Source: Octopus sinensis (Eukaryota). Taken from it: a stretch of 64,000 bases of DNA. Positions within the stretch are counted from its first letter, which is position 1. Each line of letters starts with the position of its first letter. Below the pieces are notes generated by a model that was not told the origin of the DNA, did not search any database, and worked only from the letters and a program-made list of their open reading frames with translations. The translations under genes and the position numbers were made by a program. Positions 26,801 through 38,800 of this stretch are shown piece after piece. The stretch is from NCBI RefSeq assembly GCF_006345805.1, contig NC_042999.1:77314001-77378000 (forward strand), read 5' to 3'.

Positions 26801-29800
26801 CTGTCACTGTTCATTTCATGGTTGGATGGTTATCATTCAATAGTTATTCATATATAAACCCTATCATTCAGCTACTAGTTTTGAGAAACAAGTAAAACAT
26901 CATAAAAACACTATTATTACTCACAAGTTGGTTAGTGAAAATTTTTCTATGACAATGTTCATCTTGTGTGCAACAGTTTATAACAAAAAAAAACTCTTGA
27001 GTTCTGAGAGTGTCAAAAGAACGTTATTTCATACCTTGGTAATTTATAAAGTGATTTGTAATTGATTACTGAAGAATAAGATTAGCTACCTACCAGCCAG
27101 CACTTAACCTAGTTTTTGCTGATGCAGAATTCAATATTTCAAGTGTAGGAATCTTTTGAAACAACATCCTATAGAATAAAAGCATCATGTTTGAATGGCT
27201 TCTTAAGAATAAAAAAGGTTGTAACCAAACCTTATGCCTGATTTTTGTTTCAGTGAATATTTTTGAATATTTTCAGTTTACATTATTTTACACACACACA
27301 CACACACATGCGAGTGCACACACGCACGATGTCAAAGACAGTCAGTCTATTTTAGAAATATACAATTATATTTTTTCATGAGAATAATGCTTGAGAATTT
27401 TTGTTTTAAGATATTGCTTTCTTTTTATATGACACAATTCTTTTTTCCTTTTTGTAAAAGAACTTCGATATGAAGCTAGCTCATTCAGATATAAGATAAA
27501 CTGACACTGGCTTGATTTGAACACAGAACATTAAGATGCTTGGCACACTAACAAAATCTTTGCTTCAACTGTCTACATTTGCTGCTGTCAATGTCATCTT
27601 ACATGTTAACAATTAAATTCTTTTTTTTTAAATTTCTTTTGTAAGATTTCATAAAGATGAGCTTATAATCAAAGAATTGATTCCAGTATCTTACTGGTAC
27701 TTAACTTTATTGATTCCAGAAGACTAGGAAGCAATATCTATTCCAGCAGGATTTGAATTTTGTACACAATATCAGAAGAGATACTTAAAGATTTATTTCT
27801 TCTTTCTTCCAACTCACTGTTGTTCTTACAATACTGAGGATCTGTACAAATAATGCATTTTTTAGCAGCTAATAATTGTAAATGCAGATAAGATTTCTAG
27901 TTATTAAAATTACTATTGTTGAAATCCTGTAATTAGATTTATATCTACCTCTGTTGAAAAAAATGATAATTTAAAAGATCTTCCCTAAGCCATTTACTAG
28001 AATGACTAGTAATAATAATATTAAGTTAAATATGTTGTCAAACTAAGTGTTATAATAAAGAAGAGAAATTAGTTTAAATAAGTGAATAAGAGGTATTTAT
28101 TCAGTCAATAATTCTGCATAACATAATTACTTTAACATAAACTACAGCATTGTTGAAAAAAAAATACTTCAGACTATCATTGATCTGGATTGCTGTCTAA
28201 TACAGAGAGTACTAGCTGCAAAGAGTTGTATTTTATTTTATTTCTTTTCATATGAATCCGTATTTTATTTTATTTCTTTTCATATGAATCACTGTAAAGA
28301 CTATAGAGATTCTCCATTTAGATTCATAAATTATCCTTTCATTCTGTTTGTTGATTATATGAATAATGTTTTATTTTGTTTTATATGTTTATCCCATGCA
28401 TTAATGGAATAAATGGATATGACCTTTTATGATGGAAGCAGGGAATAGTTATAATCAGTTCTATTAATATGAGAGTAGAGAGAGATAACTATTAAGTTCA
28501 TGCATTTCCCTAGAAGATCAGCAGTGTTAATCAAAACTGTGTGAGTCTCCTGCTCTACCACATGTGCCATACACACTTAAAGATATATGTCTTTTGGGTT
28601 TTTTTGTTTTTTATTGCTGAACAACAGATATATAAGACACCAATTTTTAGTATCTTTAATTTCATCCTTGATAAAATATACTCATAAAGCAGAAAATGTT
28701 CACACTATCAATTGAATAAGTTTGTTTCATCCCTATAAGGCTATAAAAATTAATGATACATACCTTAATAACTAACTATAAGCATCTGACTCTGGTTTTT
28801 TAAGCAGATGCAACATGATATTCTCCTGCGTAACAATTTCATGTCCATTTTCCCCTCAGCTACCTAAACTGAGACTTAAAATGAAATTGTTTTGCCTGCT
28901 ACAGATTTGAAATCAAAATGCATGAGCTAAACAGTCCAATATATTTCTACTTGGCAATTCATTCTTAACCTAAAATAATGCAGTACAAATATTCCAGTCT
29001 ACTTGGGAGGAAGAATAAGAAGTCTTGACATTCTTACATTCCCTTAAAGACATTACTTTTATGAACAAAATAATATAGCTACAAACAAAGTAAATTGTTG
29101 TGAGGACTAAACTCATAATTATGTATCCAGTAATTCTGTATTTTATATATCTTTCAGTTATTATGTCTCATACTTGATGTCATAATATATCCATGTTTTC
29201 TGAGTTCAAATCCTACTGAAGTCACAAACAACTTAAAACTTGTAACAAAGGAAAAGTAAAAAATTTTTATTGTGAAAAATCTTGTTTTAGCACAAGTTAA
29301 TTGATGAATATATTTTTATTAATAACTTAAACATAGTTCATTTATGTTCTCTTCTTGCAGATCTGTTTGTATTCTTGTTTCTCAATAATATCAGAATTTA
29401 TGTGGAGGTCCTATATCATGGAGATTTTGTCTGTGTAGAGGAAATCATCTCTCTCTCTTTTTTTTTAAGCAATACTCATGGTAGGATTTGAGGTTACCAT
29501 TTGTTAATATCTCTACCATTACACCTACTTAATAGGTGAACTGGGCTGTCAACAGTTAAGTTTCTTTTACTATTGACATAAGCATTGATGGTGAGATTCA
29601 AACTGCTTACCTAACTGGTAGCCAGGTACCTTATGACACATAATGATTTCTGTTTTAAGCACAAGGCCTTTACTTGTATATATCATCAACCCAGAAAGAG
29701 GTGAAAGGCAAAGTTGACCATAGCAGGACTTTTTATTTATGGCCATAAGAATTTTTTTTCCATGTATTTCATTTTGAAATCTGATTTACAGCCCATTAAA

Positions 29801-32800
29801 CTGTATCATTTATTGTACATCAAGAACTTGCATAATATGCTTTATCTATTTCAATCTCTGTCTCAGTCATTACAATTTCTAATACAGTTAATATTTTCTC
29901 TTTATTATTATTATTATTATTGTTCTTGTTCTTACCTCTTGTAACACAGCTTAAGATATTAACAGAGTACATATAACTCTAGATAGTTCTTTATAAAGGA
30001 TATTGGCACTTCCAAGAAGTGCTGATATCTGTAGAGATACAAAGTGTTATAATTAGCTTGTTGATGTATGTTGTTAATTTGTTAGAAATGGAACCAAGGG
30101 CACCAATTACTATTGGCAACACTTTTGTTTGTATGTTCCACATTCTTGAAATTTCCAAGCAAAGCTGCAAATAATTATCAATTTTTCTCATAATCTTTGC
30201 TAGCTATATTGTGGTCACCTGGAATAGCTACATCTATAATGTAACACTTTTATACTATAATATCTGGTCAACTGTGCTCTATCACTTTATCATTCACCTT
30301 GGCACATGAATTACTTATGGGTACCTTCAGTACTGAACATTTTGACTGCATGTATGCAGAGTACATACATGCAGAACTGGTTCATGTTGTAGGATGCCTT
30401 GATCAAACCAAGTGGTGGCTTTTCACCAATGAGCAGAGGAAGTGGCCCTTATTTGTTTGTTTTCTTTATATCTAGTCATTTATACATTCATTTCTGTAAA
30501 TAAAAAGAAATTTTATTATGTCCCAATATATTGTATAATATTCTTGTCCCATACCTCATTTTTGTATAATTATGTATGTATATCCTTATTTATCTTTGTA
30601 ATTTTGTAACAACTTTATAAGACATGTTTATAAATGGACTCTGGTGGAGGCCTGAAGAAAGGACTATTATTGATGCACTGACAACATCATTAGAGTGTTG
30701 GGAAAAATGTCTTGCAATCAATATTTGTTTCTGTTCTTTATATTCTGAGTTTCAATCCTGTTAATATCAACTTTCCAGGACTGATAAAATACCATCAAGT
30801 ACTGGAGTCAATTTAATCAACTAAACTGTCTCTCAGAATTTATGGACTTTTGTCTGTATAAGTTATTATTAAACAATTATTATTTCTGTTTATATAGTAG
30901 TTTATATTTCAATGCTTACTTCATCACAGCTTTTTTTGGTTTTTGCATTGATTCTGACACTGTACTGTCCATAATCAAAACATTTACGTTTAAATAATGA
31001 GGTCCCTCTAATTGTAAACAGAGATAACAAAATAGAATGTTGTTTTGTTGTAGGAACCTGGTACTGAGAACAAAGCAGTTTCTTTTGCTATAACCAGTGG
31101 TGCTCTAGAAAAAGTAGCTTCTGAGACCTGCTGCTGTTTACTTTCTGTCTTCCTCTGCTAATCCAGCTCCTCTGAGCTTCAAGTAGCACTTTAACTACAG
31201 GGTTTTCTGACCTGCACCACCAGTCTCTTTTGCCTTTCTCTAGCACCCATCTATCAGTATTTTTCCTGCTTGCATCAGTCTCTAAAGCAGTAATTCTCAG
31301 TTCTTCCTCTGTTATTTACCCCCTTGGTTTGATATTTCTCCCCCATTTATCCCTTTATTTTAATGCAAAAAAAAACAGAAAAAAATGTAGAGCCAACATA
31401 GAGATGTAGGTAAAAGATGGAACAACTTTATTCTTAAAGTTTTCATAAAATAAATTTCAATAAAAATAAAGAACATAATCAAAAATATTTATTAAAGAAA
31501 ATAACTAAAATTTATTTATCAAAAAAATGTAATATGATGATAAATTAACAAAATTTGTCACATTTTTTGTTATACTCACTCTGCTGTTAACATAATATAT
31601 GTATGAACCTTTTTTGACAAAATGAAAATATTTTTGAATTTGTAAAATATTTTTAATAAATTTTTTACATTGTATAATAAAGTAATTATTTACTGAAAAT
31701 ACATTTCTGTTTCTATTTATTATGCTCAAAATTTATGGAATGAAATCATATGCACATTATTATTAAGATTTGCTTCAATGTCTTATGGTTCTAATTCATA
31801 CATAACTAAATAGCTTACAGAAATCTCCAGGTTGTCCAATATCTATTTCTCTATGTTTTTGTTATACTGTTTATCTGTTATTGCTTTGCTACTGTTGCTA
31901 TTGCTGTCATCTATTTCTACTTTTATAGGTACCACCATTATGATAATCTTTCTGCAATTGAAAGAACTATAGTAACAGCTTAAATTTCTTAATGCTAATG
32001 ACTGGGTTGTGAAACCAGTTAGTAATGTGGGGAACAAAAAAATGTAAAGATTATGAGAAATAAAATATGCCATTTTTTAATAATGCAGGTTCAAGTTATG
32101 AGCTAAAAATTGTATCCATAAAATATTCTTAGCTTCTTTTCCTTTATTTGAAATATTATGAACTTTTTTTAATTTAGCTATAATGGTCAAATAGTAGAAA
32201 CATTTAGGTAAGGGTTCAGAGGACCAGGCTAAATATAAAGTATATTTCTTAGATGTTTCATGTCTCTTTAAGTTCAAATCTCACAAAGGTTAATGAATCA
32301 TCTGCCTCTTTAAATAAACCATCAAATCAAATATAGTTTCTGATTTTCACGTCAATAAAGAAAATCTGGAAACGAATATACTGGAATGATTTTTCCCTTA
32401 TTTTCTTGTTGCCTACAGGAGTACCTGAATTCATTTCTGTAAGGTAATGAGTTATTAATAAATTGTTCTAGTTAGATAACTAATCTAGCAAAAGTTGTGT
32501 ATCTTGGCCATGAATACAGCAGTGCCACTGATGGAATACCAACTGGTCACACTTCAGTGAATAGTCCAACACCCAGCCTCTATCATTTCTTACTCCCTTT
32601 ATCTCTTTAGAATCACTATCATAACAACTAATAATTCTGCTGTAATGAGGTGGAGGCAGACTAGGAATAGGAGTAGCATTTACTCTAATATTTGGATTTC
32701 CTCCAATGGCCGTCAAGTATTGTTGAGAAAATTTACAATGTATAATATTCTCAATGACTCTAAATTATTTTTATTTGGAAAGCTATACTGGCTATAAATA

Positions 32801-35800
32801 TAGTTTAAATTGGTACACACTACATCAAGCATGATTAATTTGTCATCACTCTAGGTATTTATACCTTCATTCCTTCATGGATTCCTTCCAAGCAATATTA
32901 ATTAAAATAGACCTTCATCATTCATTTCTAAATTTAATGTGCTTCATTTTTTATTTATTTATTTATTTTTGGCATCATGCCAAACATTTCATGTGCAGTG
33001 TGTTAATACTTTTGTTACTACCATGATTTATTTTCTTCGGCCTTTGTGAAAACAAGTTAATGTTATTTTGGAAAATGTCACCATCAAGGCAAAAATTTTA
33101 CATTTGAAGTGTTTAATATAAGATTATTTTATAATTTTTTTTTCTTCTTTTTAATAAAAGTTTTTAATAGTTGCTAGTGGATATATTGAAAGGGTTTTAT
33201 ATTTGCAAATGTCCCAGACTGTCTAGCTTAACATCTTGTAAAGCATCTTATGCTGGTAAAATGCTCTGATTGAGCAAAATTATTTATTTTGTCTAAGCCA
33301 GAGAAACTAGTGTTTGATGTTTCTATTAATTTAAATGACTTAATGCTCAGCAATTATTAAGAAGTTTCCATCACTTATACATTTAATGAAAAGTTGAATA
33401 GATATCAGTAGCATTAGAAATTGTCATCATCATTTTCCATTTTTTATATTATCTTCTTTTTTCTTTTTTTTTTTGTGGAGAATATTTAAACCATTATACC
33501 ATGAATGACTCATTTTAGTCATTCAAAAACACACAGAAACTGTTAACTTCTTTTAATCATTTATTACATGGTGTTAAAATTTTCATCACACTGTCTACAG
33601 CCTGGTCACTGACTGAGTGACCAGGTAACAGACTGCAGCAAAAATGTTGACACCAAGTAATAAATGGTAAAGTGAAATTAACTGTTCCTGTGTTTTTGAA
33701 CAGCTAAAATGAGTCTTTCATGATGTAATTGCTTTAGTTTCAATACAGTGTCTCAGATCAAATCACTTGTCAGACAATTACAACTCTGAAATTGGAGCTT
33801 TCAACTCATTTTTATTTTTTTATTGCAATTAACAATTCTAACAAAGAGCAATTTTAGCAAACAAAGTACAATTCTTAGTAAATATGCTGTTTGTAATAAA
33901 GTTTAATAACTAATTTTTATTGGTCAGATATGTTCGGGTTTTTAAAACAGCTCAGAGTTACATTATTGTTTAGTAGATAAGAAGAAAACAACTACAGCGT
34001 GTCTTCTGACATGAAACTTTCATGTTGGTGAATGGTTGAGAGGTATGACAAGAGATGTGAGCTATACACACACTCTGTCTGGTGTATCAGGGTGATAGTC
34101 AACTGTTACAGTAGTAAAGAAGATGTCTTAGAAGTAGTTACAGTTTTTAAATTGCAAGACCAGGTCATAAAGGTAACAGTATGTATTTGCATTAAGTATG
34201 ATACACAGATGGATAGTTTAAATCTAATACTGCTTCTGTTGCATGTAATGATTTTTTGTTCAGTCAGGCTGCCATTTGCACCTCCAGTGATTGTTTATTC
34301 ACTGTTTTCCCATATCAGTGCCGACAAATTTTGCTTAAGCATGCAATTGGCTGTAAGTGCACATCGTCGACAATGTCCAATGAGGCAGAAATTCATCAGA
34401 AATTCAGAAATTCTAGCATTCTCACCAGTTGCTGCTGGACAATTTTCATCCACCTCTTATACATGTTGTGTTTTTAAACACAGCTTGTTCATGTGAGTGT
34501 TATCTCAGGACAAATATCACAGTAAATTTGCCTTTCTTGATGTATATACATTAAGTATGGAAGTTAGCTGGCTATTTTAATCTAATACTGGTTCTGTTTC
34601 ATAAAACCCATGTGTGTACACACACATAGCCCCACTACATCTTTGAGAAGATGGTCAAATTATGTTTTTCTTTAAAGACATTTGAGAATTCACAAGATAG
34701 GAGTCGCTCTCAGAATCATCTGAAGTAAAAGATGATAAACACTGCATTTGTCTACTACAAATGTTTCAATGTCTAAATATTATTTGAATTTTCATTTCTG
34801 TTTCTTAATTTAATATTGCTTTGTCTTCAGTAATGTAATCCAACTTCTTCAAAATAATATAACAGTGGAACATATCACATATCAGAGAAATATTTTAAAA
34901 ACAAACTTATTTTTATTTCATTGTCTTTGTAATCTTTAATTATTTTTCTTATATAGTTTCCAAGGTTTTTAATATCCTTTCTTTTTTCCTCCTTGTACAG
35001 GAGACAATTACTATGATCCTTTGAGCCCTCCTGCTTATGATACTGTCACTTCAAGGGACCCTGAAACTCCAGTCTACCAAGATCCAGTTGATAAAGAACG
35101 CCAAGAAAAGGAATGGCAGGAAGAACTAAGCAAGGTAGAGTTCATAAATGTCATTCATATGAAAAACTGAAGTAGTTTCTTAAAGTATACTCATAGTTTC
35201 TAATAACAGTTCTATATTCATGAAATAAACTCAGTTTCAATAACTCTGATAACTCATACTTTGGTTATAACCAACAACACATTGTAACCTGCCTGCAATT
35301 AGATTGTAATTCATAGACCTTTGAAGTATATGTATATTTAAAAGGGGAAAACATTAATCAAAATTATTTACCTGTTGGTGTAGTGGGAGAAAAGCTTTTG
35401 TCTGTGTTGAAATGAGTTATAATGTTCTGCAAATTGAGATATTTGCATGAATTTATAGAGTAACTGCTTTAAAAATAGGATATTCTAATTCCAAATATTT
35501 AATTCAAGTATGAAAATATATAGATTAATTTATCTTACCTAAAATATATATTACATAGCTGAAGTAATAATAGTTAACCATAGAGGTCAGCTGAAAGATT
35601 TTTAATAGATGTTCTAAGTGGTTATATTATATAATTTCTTATGCTTAAGATCATTGAAAGTTTGGCGCTATTAATTATGAATTGCTAGTTGTTGATTAAA
35701 TATGAATTGTTTTGTTTCGAACTTTTAGATAGATGGAGAGATCCTCACTTTGCGACAAGTACTGACTGCAAAAGTACGCCGAGCAACAGAATTAAAACGA

Positions 35801-38800
35801 AAATTGGGCATTACACCATTGCAGGAATTCAAACAAGATATTCAGAGTGGATTTCAACAACTCCGTGACAGTGGAACGTAAGTGCAAGCATTTGCAAATC
35901 AATTTCTTGGTATTCTTTCATTCTTTGCAACATTTTTGTTTTGTCAAAACAGTTTCCGTTTGTTTTTTTTTATTATTTAAGTATTAGTTTGTCAAGAAAT
36001 TTTACATTCAATATTTGTCATCAATTTAGGTAATAACTGTAAGAAAAACTTCTTCACAGTATAGTTTGTTGGTTGTGACTTTACCTTAGTTTTTTTATCT
36101 AAATACATTTACAAATTAGACACTTTGTAATATTGGTATAAAGGGGCATTTTTATGCTTTTTCTATTTAATTTCATGAGACTCTAAATTGAGATTTGTTA
36201 AAAAAAAATTTTTTATTTTAATCCATGTAAACTCAAGGTTTTTAACACTGCATGTATTGCTCCAACTCCATTCTAATTTTTATTTGATTTTTAAGAAAGA
36301 ATTCTTTTCTTCAAGAGATCATCTAATATAACAATCTTATTCATTGTTAACAGATATACAAACTTTGCTATTCATTACTGCCAGTTGAAATTGTTATTCC
36401 TGAAGTATTATATATATTTATGTAAAATATAATCTCTCCTGCCTCTTACATGTACAATCTCAGTGTAAATAGATCCCTTCTTTATATTCATTCATTATCT
36501 CATTTCTTACTTTCTCGATCTCAAACAGGGGAGGTGGTGCTTCTTCAATCTTGTAAGTATCTCTCGCACTTGCCAGTAAATATTGTCTGTTATATAAATT
36601 ATTTCAATTATATTAGTTTGCCTTCACTTCTTATGTTCTTTAGTTGGTTTGAACCATGCTGGTTTCAGCTTTCTTTGCAAAGATAATTAGTGACCTTGTG
36701 ACCTTGTTTCAAATTATTGTCCATTACTAGAAAAAAGTCACTTCTTATTTGATGACTTCAAATTTCAGTCAAAAAGCATTTCCATTCCTACATTTGTGTA
36801 TGTGTCTTTCTGTGCATTCACATGTGTGCACATGCACGTGTGGTGTATGGATGCAGTCAGGACCATGTGATCAAGATATTCACTTAGCAATCCTGTGTTT
36901 CTGATTTCACTTACACTACATAGGACACTAGACAAATGTCTTCTCTCATATCCTTGGATCAAACAAAGCCTCACAAGCAAAATTTGGTAGATAGAAACTG
37001 TGTGGGGTGTGTGTATTTATGTATGTACGTATATATGCATGTATGTATATTGGCATCCGATGCCAGAATTAGTGTATAAACTGACTTTGTAGGATTGATC
37101 CTACATACATCCATTAAGATCAGTTGATTGGGCCTTGTTTTCCTCTATAAAGAGATAAAATAAGGATTAGACAAAGAACCGGGGCAATATAACTAACGGA
37201 TGCCATTCATGCGGTGTGCTGTCATCGAATTTGATTTTGATTTCACTTGCCTCTACAGTTCTTCTCAAGCAGAGTTTAGTGTCCAATGAAGGAAAGGTAT
37301 GCATAAGTGGGCTGGTTACACAACTGGTTATGGTCTCACTTGGCTTGCCAGGTCTCCTCAAGCACAGCATATTTCCAAAAGTCTTGGTCATTAGTCATTG
37401 CCTCGGTAAGGCCCAATGTTCGAAGGTCATGCTTCACCACCTCATCTCAGGTCTTCCTGTGTCTACCTCTTTCACAGGTTCCCTCAACTGCTAGGTTGTG
37501 ACACTTCTTCACACAGCTATCCTCATCCATTTTCACCACATGACCATACCAGTGCAGTCATCTCTCTTGCACACCACATCTCATGCTTCTTAGGTCCAAC
37601 TTTTCTCTCACGGCACTTACACTCTGTCGAGTATGCACACTGACATCACACATCCAGCAGAGCATACTGGCTTCATTCCTTGCGAGCAGTCACGGCCCAT
37701 GTTTCACTACCATGTAGCATGGCTGTTCGTACACATGCGTCATACAGTCTACCATTTACTCTGAGGGAGAGACCCTTTGTCACCAGCAGAGGAAGGCGCT
37801 CTCTGATCTTTGCCCAGGCTATTCTTATTCTAGTAGCTACACTTTCAGAGCACCCACCCCCACTACTGACTTGTGTTTTTCCCTCTGGCTGATAACTGTT
37901 GAAGAAATGGTGACCTTCTGTGTCTTCTGTTCTCCTGTGTATTTAGTATATGTTTGTTTACTTATTACGCGTTTTTTTTCAATCATATATATTGGTATGT
38001 CATATTTTCAGTTTGTTGCTTTATTTAATCCTGAAAATATCATGTAATGCACACACTTATTAACTTTTTACGTTTTTTTTTTTGTGTGTGAGTGTGTGTG
38101 AAAATATTAACTCTCTTGGAAAATATTGAAAAAATACCATGCTGGAGTAAGATAGGAGCAGCAGTTATGTGTGTAATTGAAATTGTATATGGGGAATAAT
38201 GATGGAGCATATAACATATAAATGATCAAGTGATCACTAGGAGATAGCAGATTGAACCAAAGCATTTGAGTTAATTATTATTGTGTTAGAGTGAGTTTGA
38301 AATCTTAGATAATTACACATACTAATTTAATTTAACTAATTTAACTAAATAGTAAGTTGTTGTGAAGCACCCTTAATGTCAAGGACTGATATCAAATTTT
38401 AAGATATTAAGATTTTCATTAGATGCTCTCATAAATACAATAGAACTTTTGGTATGTTTGTTTGCTAGATTATCCCTATTGCTTATAATTTCAAGTGCCT
38501 TGAATGAGCATAGGTGGCTCTCACTCCTGCCATCCACGTAGAGAGAAACAATTCTAATGTCAGACCAAGATATTTCATACAGGATTTCTCTCATTTTTAT
38601 GTCCCATATCAGTTTAGCCATGGATGTAGATTTGCTCTTGCCTGGGTTCTTGAATGAGTGGATATGATTATAAGATCCTTGTGTAAATTGAGACAATGTG
38701 GCCCCTTTGTAGTGAAAGGTTTCAGTATTAGTGGTGGTTTTCAAAGTTCCAGTATGAGTGTAAATAGCCAGGAGTTCATGTAGAATACTGCATTTACAAT

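Noticed and set aside
34032-34496. 154-aa ORF as an independent gene or alternative first coding exon
   Set aside because: No recognisable motif. Its donors (34172, 34492) are not phase 1, and the 34492 donor gives a stop or frameshift when joined to 35001.
36354-36404. 51-nt open phase-2 exon candidate
   Set aside because: Weak donor (gtatta), intron-like composition and no supporting motifs; expected by chance.
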